From Aulosira sp. ZfuVER01 (lineage in GTDB: Bacteria; Cyanobacteriota; Cyanobacteriia; Cyanobacteriales; Nostocaceae), in assembly GCA_034530615.2 (NCBI GenBank), contig JAVRCV020000027.1:1-60438 (forward strand): DNA of 60,438 bases. The letters run 5' to 3'. The notes beneath the pieces were generated by a model. The model searched no databases. It was not told the origin of the DNA and saw only the letters and a list, made by a program, of their open reading frames with translations. Both the position numbers and the translations under genes were made by a program. Positions 50,672-60,392 of this stretch are shown in pieces (positions within the stretch are counted from its first letter, which is position 1; the number at the start of each line of letters is the position of its first letter).

Positions 50672-52336
50672 TTGCTCAGAGTCGATAGCGAAACTGAACT
50701 ACAACTAACTGCTGACGTGCTGGTAATTGGTGGTGGGCCTGCCGCTGCCTGGGCAGCATCAGCCGCCGCCGCCCAAGGTGTCAAAGTCATCATTGCTGAT
50801 AAAGGTTTTCTTGGTACCAGTGGTGCAGCCGCCGCTAGTGGTAATGGCATCATGGCTCCTTCTCCCGAAAATTGGGACAAAGTTGTATCGGAGCGTTACC
50901 GCATAGGAAAAAACCTCGCTAACTTACGTTGGATTGAGCGTGTCATCGAAAAAACTTGGTTGAGTTTGCCCTTAGTCGAAGATTGGGGCTATCGTTTCCC
51001 TAAAGAAAATGGGGAATCTGTGCGCCAGAGTTACTATGGCCCGGAATATATGCGGGTACTTCGCAAACACCTGTTGCGTGTGGGTGTGCAAATTCTCGAC
51101 CAAAGCCCAGCTCTAGAACTATTATTAGCTGAGGATGGCTCGGTGGCTGGAGCTAGAGGCGTACAGAGGCAAAATAATCGCACCTATACCGTTCGCGCTG
51201 GTGCAGTAGTTCTAGCAAATGGTGGTTGCGCATTCTTGAGTAAAGCTTTAGGTTGTAATACCAATACAGGTGATGGATTGCTGATGGCGGTGGAAGCTGG
51301 TGGCGAACTTTCTAGTATGGAAGCTTCTAATCACTATGCCATCTCGACCGCTTTTAATGCCACAGTTACAAGGGGTGTTCCTTTTGGCTGGGCTAGTTAC
51401 ACCGATGAAGCAGGTAACGATTTAGGTGGTTATATCAATGGTCGTCGCGATCCCGCCCTTCTCCCCAATGCCCTCTTGAAAGGCCCCGTTTATGCTCGTT
51501 TGGATCGAGCTACGCCGGAAGTTAAAGCAGTAATTGAAAAGTCTCATTTCATCGCCTTTTTACCTTATAAAAAGGCTGGCATTGATCCCTATACAGAAAG
51601 AGTACCTGTAACCCTAGTTTTAGAAGGTACAGTTAGGGGCACAGGTGGGATTCGGATTATAAATGATAATTGCGCGACAAAAGTACCTGGACTTTACGCT
51701 GCTGGTGATGCTGCATCGCGGGAATTTTTAGCCGGTTTAGCTTCTGGAGGTGGTGGCCCTAATGCTGCCTGGGCAATCGCTACAGGACAATGGGCTGGAG
51801 AAGGTGCAGCCGCCTTTGCGAAAAGTCTAGGTGCTCATGCTCATGAAAGAGTTGTACGTCCTGCTGGTCAAGCCGGAATGCGATCGCCTAGGTTGGAGCG
51901 TAGCTCCTCGCAATCTCCCTCTGCTGAAACATTCAATAGTCAGGCGATCGTACGCGGTGTCCAAGCTGAGGTGTTCCCCTTAGAGAAGAATTACTTGCGC
52001 TCTGAGCAGAAACTTCTAGATTCCCTCGCCAAATTAGAAACTTTATGGCAGCAAGTACAAGGGAATCCAAAACAAGATACTGTGCGTGATGTCGAATTTT
52101 CTCGTAGAGCAGCAGCTCTGGTGGCTGTAGCACGATGGGGATATTTTAGCGCTTTACATCGCACGGAAACCCGCAGCGAACATATTCGCGTAGACTATCC
52201 CGAAACCGATCCCAATCAGCGTTATTACCAAGCTACAGGCGGATTAAACAAGCTTTGGATAAGACGGGATTGGATTACAGATGAGACTACTAAACCACCA
52301 GTATTCACAACTCAAACTATAGCTTCAGTATCATGA
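50672..52336 (+). CDS. FAD-dependent oxidoreductase, AsfA-like (fumarate reductase/APS reductase family)
   Basis: DVLVIGGGPA, DKGFLGTSG, GTVRGTGG, VPGLYAAGD, RTETRSEH; TTG start after GGAGG. Confidence 0.8.
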   Translation: MLRVDSETELQLTADVLVIGGGPAAAWAASAAAAQGVKVIIADKGFLGTSGAAAASGNGIMAPSPENWDKVVSERYRIGKNLANLRWIERVIEKTWLSLPLVEDWGYRFPKENGESVRQSYYGPEYMRVLRKHLLRVGVQILDQSPALELLLAEDGSVAGARGVQRQNNRTYTVRAGAVVLANGGCAFLSKALGCNTNTGDGLLMAVEAGGELSSMEASNHYAISTAFNATVTRGVPFGWASYTDEAGNDLGGYINGRRDPALLPNALLKGPVYARLDRATPEVKAVIEKSHFIAFLPYKKAGIDPYTERVPVTLVLEGTVRGTGGIRIINDNCATKVPGLYAAGDAASREFLAGLASGGGGPNAAWAIATGQWAGEGAAAFAKSLGAHAHERVVRPAGQAGMRSPRLERSSSQSPSAETFNSQAIVRGVQAEVFPLEKNYLRSEQKLLDSLAKLETLWQQVQGNPKQDTVRDVEFSRRAAALVAVARWGYFSALHRTETRSEHIRVDYPETDPNQRYYQATGGLNKLWIRRDWITDETTKPPVFTTQTIASVS

Positions 52337-52674
52337 TCGAGCTTGTCAGCCATCAACTGTGCATTAATTGTAATGTCTGCGTTCAAGTCTGCCCTACCAA
52401 TGTCTTTGATGCAGTTCCCAACCAACCACCTGCGATCGCTCGACAGGAAGACTGTCAAACTTGTTTCATGTGTGAAGCATACTGTCCAGCAGATGCGCTT
52501 TATGTTGCACCCCAATCTCATACCAATGTTGCAGTCAACGAAGATGATTTAATTGAAAGTGGCATTATGGGTGAATATCGCCGCATTTTAGGTTGGGGAT
52601 ATGGCAGAAAAAACAATAGTGAATTAGATACTGCGCATAAACTTCGTCAACTACCACGACCTTATCAAAGCTAA
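52333..52674 (+). CDS. 2x[4Fe-4S] ferredoxin, AsfB-like
   Basis: CINCNVCVQVCP and CQTCFMCEAYCP; ATGA overlap with the flavoprotein gene. Confidence 0.9.
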   Translation: MIELVSHQLCINCNVCVQVCPTNVFDAVPNQPPAIARQEDCQTCFMCEAYCPADALYVAPQSHTNVAVNEDDLIESGIMGEYRRILGWGYGRKNNSELDTAHKLRQLPRPYQS

Positions 52675-52745
52675 TTTTGGTGTATTTTCTCGTGTTTCAA
52701 TTCGGATTGCTACATATAGATTAAATCTTAAAAAGAGGAAACTTC

Positions 52746-53603
52746 ATGTCAGAGAAGTCTGATTTGCAAAACCTACTTTTAGATGAAGTACTAGCTCATT
52801 ATGAGCGTGGTCTGGAAGCCGAACGCTTATCAAAGCGGACAAATCCGATTGAACTTGTTCGCACCCAAGAGCTTCTTAGCCGCTACTTACCTCCTCCCCC
52901 TGCAGTGATTTTTGATGTTGGCGGCGGTTCAGGTATCTATGCTTGTTGGCTTGCCCAACAAGGGTATAAAGTTCATCTTATTGATGCCGTTCCTTTGCAT
53001 GTAGAGCAAGCCCGCTCTGCTTCTCAGGCTCAACCTGATTATCCACTTGTAAGTGCAGAAGTTGGAGATGCCCGTCAATTAAATCAAGCAAACAACAGCG
53101 TTGATGCTGTTCTCTTATTTGGACCACTGTATCACTTAATTGAACGTAGCGATCGCCTGGTAGTGTTACGCGAGGCAGATCGTGTCTTAAAGAGCGGAGG
53201 TCTTGTCTTTGCCGTTGCTTGTTCTCGCTTTGCTTCGCTCTTAGACGGTTTATTTCGGGGATGGCTAGACGATCCGGAGTTTGTGGAAATTGCCCATCGG
53301 GACTTGCTTGAAGGGCAACATCGTAATCCAAACAACCATCCTGCTTACTTTACGACAGCATTCTTTCATCATCCTGATGAACTAAAGGCAGAGGTGGAAG
53401 AAGCAGGGTTATCTTGTCATAAGCTCTTAGCCATAGAAGGACCAGGCAAATTACTACAAAATTTTGAGGAACATTGGAGTGAACCAAGTCGCCGCCAAAG
53501 ACTCCTGCAAGCCATTCGCTGGCTGGAGGCTGAACCTTCTACGCTAGGTGTAAGTGCTCACATTATGGCTATTGGTAAAAAAGTAGCAGTCTCAAGTCAG
53601 TAA
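52746..53603 (+). CDS. Class I SAM-dependent methyltransferase
   Basis: FDVGGGSG, GDAR, LFGPLYHL. Confidence 0.85.
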   Translation: MSEKSDLQNLLLDEVLAHYERGLEAERLSKRTNPIELVRTQELLSRYLPPPPAVIFDVGGGSGIYACWLAQQGYKVHLIDAVPLHVEQARSASQAQPDYPLVSAEVGDARQLNQANNSVDAVLLFGPLYHLIERSDRLVVLREADRVLKSGGLVFAVACSRFASLLDGLFRGWLDDPEFVEIAHRDLLEGQHRNPNNHPAYFTTAFFHHPDELKAEVEEAGLSCHKLLAIEGPGKLLQNFEEHWSEPSRRQRLLQAIRWLEAEPSTLGVSAHIMAIGKKVAVSSQ

Positions 53604-53627
53604 AGCAAGGTCGCAAAAGAACAATAC

Positions 53628-54272
53628 ATGAAACATCTTTGTGTAATTTTTGATTTGGATGGAACGTTAGTTGACAGTGAGAGGCTTTGTAATCAAGCAT
53701 TTATCGATCTGCTACCTTTTATCACTGAGTCAGTTGAAAGTCTGATTCTTAGATATCGTGGCAGAAAGCTAGCTTTAATTTTAGCGGATATAGAAATAAG
53801 ATATGGCGAAAAGCTGCCGATATATTTTGAAGCAACATATCGTCAAAGGGTGAATGAATTATTTGAATTTTATTTGCAGCCAGTAACAGGTGTTCCAGAA
53901 ATGCTCAAAACTCTGGAATATCCTGTTTGTATTGCCTCAAGTGCGCCCATAGCAAAAATTCGCCAGGCTCTAGATGTCACAAATCTATCGCATTACTTTG
54001 GCGATCGCTTGTTTAGTTCTTATGAGATAGGCTCGTGGAAACCTGAACCAGGTTTATTCTTATATGCAGCTAATAAGATGGGATTCCCGCTCGAATCTTG
54101 TGTTGTTATAGAGGATAGCGATGTAGGAATTCAAGCCGCACATTTAGCCGGAATCTATGCTTTAAAATATTCCATTGAGGAGACAGCAGATACACAAAAT
54201 AATGTGTTTTATAATATGAAATATCTGGGAAAACATCTCGATAAAATTTATGCGTTGAAATGCGATCGCTGA
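53628..54272 (+). CDS. HAD IA hydrolase (YieH-like)
   Basis: FDLDGTLVDSE, WKPEPG, VIEDS. Confidence 0.85.
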   Translation: MKHLCVIFDLDGTLVDSERLCNQAFIDLLPFITESVESLILRYRGRKLALILADIEIRYGEKLPIYFEATYRQRVNELFEFYLQPVTGVPEMLKTLEYPVCIASSAPIAKIRQALDVTNLSHYFGDRLFSSYEIGSWKPEPGLFLYAANKMGFPLESCVVIEDSDVGIQAAHLAGIYALKYSIEETADTQNNVFYNMKYLGKHLDKIYALKCDR

Positions 54273-54365
54273 TAACTAGCGAAGAATATGTAATAAGTTT
54301 ATGACTTTTGGTGGCACAACAAAGTGTAATATCAAGTTTAGGTGATTACTTATAAAGCTATCAAT

Positions 54366-54444
54366 GTAGGTTGGGCTGAACAGTAGTGAAATTCAACATG
54401 AATATAGATAGGGGTGTTGGGTTTCGTTCCTCAACCCAATCTAC
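54366..54444. repeat. Inverted pair of GTAG-type REP-like elements
   Basis: GTAGGTTGGGCTGA...CAACA / TGTTGGGTTTCGTTCCTCAACCCAATCTAC. Confidence 0.55.
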
Positions 54445-54649
54445 AAACTGCAATGTAACTTAATACTTAAAGCCTTTAATTTTCGAGTTTAATAAAAAAT
54501 TGCAAATCTTATTGTTAATTTTGTTATTAACGAATGATTGAAGATTGCTATATAGGAGAAAATAATTTCAGAAATATTTACACTTAGGGCAAATTTCAAC
54601 CGTGAGTCAAGTATTTTTATACGCCGAGTATCAAGTGTCTATCCCCTTC

Positions 54650-55007
54650 AGTGAAATTGATTGGATTTCAATCAATGTGGAAATGAAAAAATTTTGACGC
54701 TATTTTTTGTATTAATATTTTCCAGGTTGCACCAATATCTCTTGCAGATGGAATGATGAATTGTGCAGTTAATTATCTTAGCGATCGCGGCTCTCTATTT
54801 ATCTATGGGCCATTTAAGGTTGATGGCAGCTATACAACACCCTCAAATGAAGAATTCGATACTACTCTTCTCTCCTATAAAGTGCCGACATGGAAGCTAA
54901 AGGATATTGTAGACCTTAATAAGGCAGCACAGAAGTATGGGTTGACTCTGAAAGAAAAAGTCGATATGCCATCTCATAATTTCACTCTGATCTACAGTTT
55001 GAGATGA
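54650..55007 (+). pseudogene. C-terminal fragment of DUF938 methyltransferase-like protein
   Basis: FDAIFCINIFQ, IYGPFKVDG, SNEEFD, MPSHN. Confidence 0.7.
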
Positions 55008-55101
55008 AATTTTTCGGTCATGCTCAATTAAGGGATGATTTTGCAACTGATAAAATTCTCCCCCTGCTTCCCCTGCCTGATGGTGGCAGCCAACAAGGTT
55101 C

Positions 55102-55174
55102 TTGACTTATTTTTGCTTAAGAGGTAACTTATCAATATTGTAATTAAATACGGTAAATCTATCAAGATAAAGTA
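55102..55174 (+). promoter_or_regulatory. Sigma70-type promoter followed by 26-bp operator (55149-55174)
   Basis: TTGACT-17 bp-TAACTT, then TACGGTAAATCTATCAAGATAAAGTA. Confidence 0.75.
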
Positions 55175-55325
55175 AAATGTAAGTACAAGTAAACTAAAGT
55201 TTTTGGAAATAGTTCACACTGATTGTAATTTTTGATTAAAAATTGCTAAATTTGTATCTATTAATATTTATCAAGTAAAGCTGATAAATGTATTAGCAAT
55301 ATTTAGTCTGAATTTTAATTTCTTT

Positions 55326-55752
55326 TTGTTAATACTACACACCACTGTGTTAAGAAAAAGTTTTTTAGCACTGTTATTGCTTACAGTAATAGCGATGCCT
55401 AGGTTGGGCTACGCCTACACACTCATCATTCCTCCCGCCTTTGCTGCTACCGTAAATCCCTGTCCCCCAGAAATGTCCATGATTCCCGGTGGGAAATTCA
55501 CGATGGGGTCAGATAACTCAGCTTATATAGAAGAACTCTCTGCTCAAGAGGTAACAGTTAGTTCTTTTTGTATCGATAAATACGAGGTGACAAACTCACA
55601 ATTTGCAGAGTTTGTCAAAGCGACGGGCTATGTCACAGTTGCAGAGCGCCCTTTATCAAAAGAACAGTTTCCCGACGTGCCAGATGAGCAGAGATTACCC
55701 GGTTCTTTAGTTTTTGCAATAGCACAACCAGGAGCAAAACAACTGAGTTGGA
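55326..55752 (+). pseudogene. N-terminal fragment of formylglycine-generating enzyme (FGE-sulfatase) family protein
   Basis: IPGGKFTMGS, FCIDKYEVTNSQFAEFVKATGYVTVAER; breaks after QLSW. Confidence 0.8.
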
Positions 55753-57750
55753 GCCCTGTGTTCGCCTACTAGGGCAGCTTTGTTAACTGGACGCAATCAC
55801 CATTCAGTCAATACAGGGGTAGTTGAGGAATTAGCTACAGGTTATCCTGGCTACACAACGGTTTTGCCTAAAAGTGCTGCTACCGTTGCCGAAATTCTGC
55901 GACAAAATGGCTATAACACAGCCGCTTTCGGTAAATGGCATAATACACCAGATTTTGAAACCAGTGCCGCCGGGCCTTTTGATCGCTGGCCCACAGGCTT
56001 AGGATTTGAGTATTTTTACGGCTTCCTTGGTGGTGATACTAACCAGTGGAGTCCAGCTTTAGTAGAAAATACTAAACGTATAGACAAACCCAACAAGCCA
56101 GATTATCACCTGACACCTGACTTAGTAGACCATGCGATCGCCTGGATTCGCAACCAAGAATCTATTGCTCCCGAAAAACCCTTTTTCGCCTATCTCGCCA
56201 CCGGCGCTACCCACGCCCCCAAAGAGTGGATTGACAAATATAAAGGCAAATTTGACCAAGGCTGGGATAAATTACGCGAAGAAACCTTTGCCCGACAAAA
56301 GCAACTAGGTGTAGTTCCTGCTAATGCCCAACTCACCCCTCGCCCCCAAGAACTGCCAGCTTGGGATTCCCTCTCAGCAGAACAGCAAAAACTCTATGCC
56401 CACATGGCCGAGGTATTTGCTGGTTTTTTAGGTCATACAGATTATGAAGTAGGCAGGTTAATTAATGCCGTTGACCAACTTGGAGAACTGGATAACACCT
56501 TAGTAATCTATGTTGTTGGAGATAACGGTGCTAGTGCAGAAGGCGGATTAACAGGTAGCGTCAACGAACTGCAAGTTTTCAACGGTGTACCCGAAAATCT
56601 CCAACAACTGCTAGCTGCATACGATGACTTGGGTAGCCCCAAAACATTCAACCATTTTCCGGCGGCTTGGGCATGGGCAGTTAACACTCCCTTCCAATGG
56701 ACAAAGCAAATCGCCTCTCACTTTGGCGGCACTCGCAACCCCTTAGTAATTTCCTGGGGCGCAAATATCAAAGAGCAAGGCGGCATCCGTAGCCAATTCC
56801 ATCATGTAATTGATATTGCTCCTACCATTTTAGAAGTAGCGGGAATTACTGTCCCCAAAGAAGTGAACGGCGTTAAGCAACAACCAATCGAAGGTACTAG
56901 CCTCGCTTATACTTTTGAGAATCCTGATGCGACTTCCCATCGAAAGACGCAGTATTTTGAGATGCTGGGCAACCGAGCCATTTATGATCAAGGTTGGATA
57001 GCGGCGGCGCGTCATGGTCGCTTACCTTGGGAACGAACTGTAAAAGGCAACTTTGATACAGATGAGTGGGAACTTTACAACATTACCGAAGATTTTAGCG
57101 AGGCCAAGAATCTAGCCAAGGAAAACCCAGAGAAGCTAGAAAAACTGCAAAAGTTGTTTTTAAAAGAAGCCCAGAAGCATAACGTATTACCATTAGACGA
57201 TCGCATTGCTGAAAGGTTTGATGTGAAAATTCGTCCCAGCCTCACCAGAGGGCGCACAACATTTACCTACTATCCTGGTACAGTTGGCATTCCCGAAGGT
57301 AGCGCCCCAAATCTGAAAAATCGCTCTTTCACTATTACAGCTAATGTAGAAATTCCCGAAAAGGAGGCAGAAGGTGTCCTCTTAACTCAAGGCGGCCGCT
57401 TTGCAGGTTGGAGTTTTTTCCTTGAAGATGGCAAGCCTACTTATGCCTACAACTATGCCAATACAGCCCGCTACATCATCCAATCAAGAGAAAAATTGCC
57501 TCCTGGTAAATCTACAATCCGCTTCAACTTTGATTATGACGGTGGTGTAGGTGCAGGCGGCATTGGCAAACTATTCATTAACGATCAACAAACAGCCGAG
57601 GGTCGAGTTGATAAAACCATCGCTTACCGTTTAGCTCTAGACGAAACCTTTGATGTGGGGAGAGACACAGGAACTCCTGTTGTTGACACCTATCAAGTAC
57701 CCTTTGCTTTCACTGGTAACTTACAACAAGTCAGCCTGGAATTGAAGTAA
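55753..57750 (+). pseudogene. Arylsulfatase lacking its N-terminus
   Basis: [17 protein letters not shown] in frame from 55753, GKWH, DNG; in-frame TGA at 55744 and no start before the catalytic Cys. Confidence 0.8.
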
Positions 57751-57861
57751 TCAAGATTGGGGCATGGAAATGAGGAAGCAGCGCCTCGACTCCGCTCGGC
57801 GACCGGGGGCAAAGGAGAAATAATGATGCCCCATGCCCCATGCCCAACCACCCCATAAATC

Positions 57862-58740
57862 ATGAATGAAATATTAGTAGTAATCGACCAACTTGCACTA
57901 TTCACATTCATTGTGTTCACTATGCTAGGTGCAGGTTTAGGTCTCACCATCAAACAAATTTGGGAACCACTGCGCAGCCCCAGACTCGTCATCTTGTCTT
58001 TGTTGACAAATTTTGTCTTGGTGCCAAGTTTTGTCTATCTGTTAGTACAAGTAGTACCTCTGAGTGAAGCATTAAAAGATGGTTTACTGATCATGGCAGT
58101 AGCATCAGGCCCGCCTGCGTTGCCTAAACTTGCCCAAATAGTTAAGGGTAATATAGCTTTTTCTGTGGGATTAATGATGTTGTTGATGCTGGGCACTATT
58201 TTTTATATGCCGATAGTACTACCCTTAGTGGTACAAGGTGTGCAAATTAACTCTTGGGACATTGGCAAACCGTTGTTATTGATGATGATTAGCCCGTTAG
58301 TAATTGGACTATTTATCAAAGCTAAATTTGCGGCGATCGCTCCTACTATCCAGCCTATTTTATTCAAAATATCTAATGCTGGATTACTTTTCGGTTTAGT
58401 AGTCAGATTAATAATTCATACCAACGATATTATTGGTTTATTAAAAACAGGTGCAATATTTGTTTGTGCAGTATTTATTATCTTTTCCTTTAGCGTTGGT
58501 TATCTTTTAGGCGGGCCTGGTATTGACACTCAACGGGTGCTAGGAGTAGGAACAGCACAACGCAATTTTGCTGCTGCATTATTAGTAGGTACAAGTAATT
58601 TTGAAGATCCCAAAGTCGTGAGCATCATCATGGTGACAAGTATATTAATGATGGTTACAGTTCTGATTGTCGGGACAAAGTTTATAGAAATAGATCAACC
58701 AAAAGATGGAGATATCAAACAGTTAGAGATATCAGGTTAA
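57862..58740 (+). CDS. Bile acid:sodium symporter (SBF/BASS) family transporter
   Basis: NFVLVP, GTAQRNFAAA, multiple TM segments. Confidence 0.8.
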   Translation: MNEILVVIDQLALFTFIVFTMLGAGLGLTIKQIWEPLRSPRLVILSLLTNFVLVPSFVYLLVQVVPLSEALKDGLLIMAVASGPPALPKLAQIVKGNIAFSVGLMMLLMLGTIFYMPIVLPLVVQGVQINSWDIGKPLLLMMISPLVIGLFIKAKFAAIAPTIQPILFKISNAGLLFGLVVRLIIHTNDIIGLLKTGAIFVCAVFIIFSFSVGYLLGGPGIDTQRVLGVGTAQRNFAAALLVGTSNFEDPKVVSIIMVTSILMMVTVLIVGTKFIEIDQPKDGDIKQLEISG

Positions 58741-58929
58741 ATACATTTTATTCGCCAAGCAAAAATCCAGAATTTTCAAATAAAATCTCAGCTTAAAAAT
58801 AAATTTTTAATAAAATTAAATAACAAAAATGGTCTCATATTTTAGAAAAATACTTGGCAATTGTTCCTCAAAAGCAAAGGATAAATAATTATTCATCTTA
58901 TGATAAAATCCTAAATTTGAGGCAAAAAT

Positions 58930-59682
58930 ATGGGTCAAAATCGGTTCAAGCTTGTGATTTTTGATTGTGATGGAGTCTTAGTTGATAGCGAACCAATTGT
59001 TAATCGCATTTTTGCAGAAACACTCACGGAAGCTGGTTTTCCTATCACCTATACAGAAGTAACTCAAAAGTTTATTGGCAAGTCGTTAAAAACCTGCTTA
59101 GAGATTATTGAGACATCTTACAACAAACCATTGCCCAAAGCCTTTATCGAACGTTGCAAAGAACGAGAAATAGCTGCCTTGAAGCAAGAACTAAAACCAG
59201 TTTCAGGCATTAGCGAAATATTAGAACAAATTACATTACCAAAATGTGTGGCATCAAATAGCAGCCACCGTCATATTCAACTGGTATTGAAATTAACGGG
59301 GCTGCTGCATAAATTTGATGGCAATTTATATAGTGCTAATGATGTTTCGCGCCCTAAACCTTTTCCTGATGTATATCTGTATGCAGCCGAGCAAATGAAT
59401 ACAAATCCAGAAGATTGTGCTGTGATTGAGGATTCTGTACCGGGTGTACAAGCAGCATCCGCCGCAGGAATGACTGTTTTTGGCTATGCTCAATATAGCG
59501 ATGTCTCACGACAAGCCCTACCCTTCGGGAACGACTTCGTCGAACGGGTTCGGGGGTTCGCAATCGACGGGAACCGCCAAGACTGCGACCCCCTCACAGC
59601 TGCGCGTCTACGCACTGCTTTGGCTGAGGCTGGAGCTAAGATAGTTTTTAACGATATGCGGCAGCTATCTCAACTCCTTTAG
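58930..59682 (+). CDS. HAD IA hydrolase with 36-aa in-frame insertion
   Basis: FDCDGVLVDSE, KPFPD, VIEDS; insert at 59503-59610. Confidence 0.85.
   Translation: MGQNRFKLVIFDCDGVLVDSEPIVNRIFAETLTEAGFPITYTEVTQKFIGKSLKTCLEIIETSYNKPLPKAFIERCKEREIAALKQELKPVSGISEILEQITLPKCVASNSSHRHIQLVLKLTGLLHKFDGNLYSANDVSRPKPFPDVYLYAAEQMNTNPEDCAVIEDSVPGVQAASAAGMTVFGYAQYSDVSRQALPFGNDFVERVRGFAIDGNRQDCDPLTAARLRTALAEAGAKIVFNDMRQLSQLL
59503..59610. repeat. 108-bp nested small dispersed repeat inside a HIP1 site
   Basis: GCGAT|GTCTCACGAC...GCGCGTCTA|CGC; removing it restores GCGATCGC and YSDRTALAEAG. Confidence 0.8.
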
Positions 59683-59780
59683 CTATTAGGTAACAAAGAA
59701 TACAGACGGAAGTATAGACTCTTGTCAGTTTCTTCCTCTGCATCCTCTACCTACTTTTAGCCAGCGATTTTGGGTTTCCT

Positions 59781-60392
59781 CTACGGACGATTTCCAGAGA
59801 GATACTGATGCCCTAAGATGGGATGGGGTGTGTAAGGTTCTTCGATAAATTTGCACTCTTCATCAGAAAGCTCTAAATCAACAGCCTCGACAGCCTCTTT
59901 GAGATGCTCTATTTTACTAGCACCAATGATGGGAGATGTTACACCAGGTTGATGCAATAGCCAAGCTAGGGCAATTTGTGTGGGTTTAACGTTTCGTTTT
60001 GCTGCTAATTCAACGACGCGATCGACTACTTTAAAATCCGAATCTTGATAGTAGAGATTGTGAGCAAATTCGTCCGTTTTTGCTCGTAGTGTTTGCCCAT
60101 AGTCTGCCTTGCTGCGATTTCCTGCTAAAAAGCCCCGCGCCAAGGGACTCCAAGGAATAATACCAATCCCTTGATCTAGGGCTAAGGGTATCACTTCTCT
60201 TTCTTCTTCCCGATAGACTAGGTTGTAGTGATTTTGAATGGAGACAAAACGAGTCCAGCCGTGAATGTCTGCGGTATAAAGGGCTTTGGCTAACTGCCAT
60301 GCAAAAACGCTAGAAATTCCTAAATAACGAACTTTACCTGCTTTGACAATATCATGCAGTGCTTCTAGAGTTTCTTCAATTGGTGTTTCATA
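59781..60392 (-). pseudogene. Aldo/keto reductase, 3' part, interrupted upstream
   Basis: YETPIEETLEALHDIVKAGKVRYLG, QNHYNL, PWSPLARG, PIIGASK; in-frame TGA immediately upstream. Confidence 0.75.

Noticed and set aside
3395..55174. 26-bp motif as CRISPR repeat, NtcA site or attC
   Set aside because: Copies are dispersed and degenerate with no regular spacers or cas genes; arm order and spacing differ from GTA-N8-TAC; they lie upstream rather than downstream of genes.
14785..60300. Numerous short antisense or overlapping ORFs in the track (e.g. 25021, 26489, 38758, 52978)
   Set aside because: Shadows of well-supported genes on the other strand or frame, with no motifs of their own.
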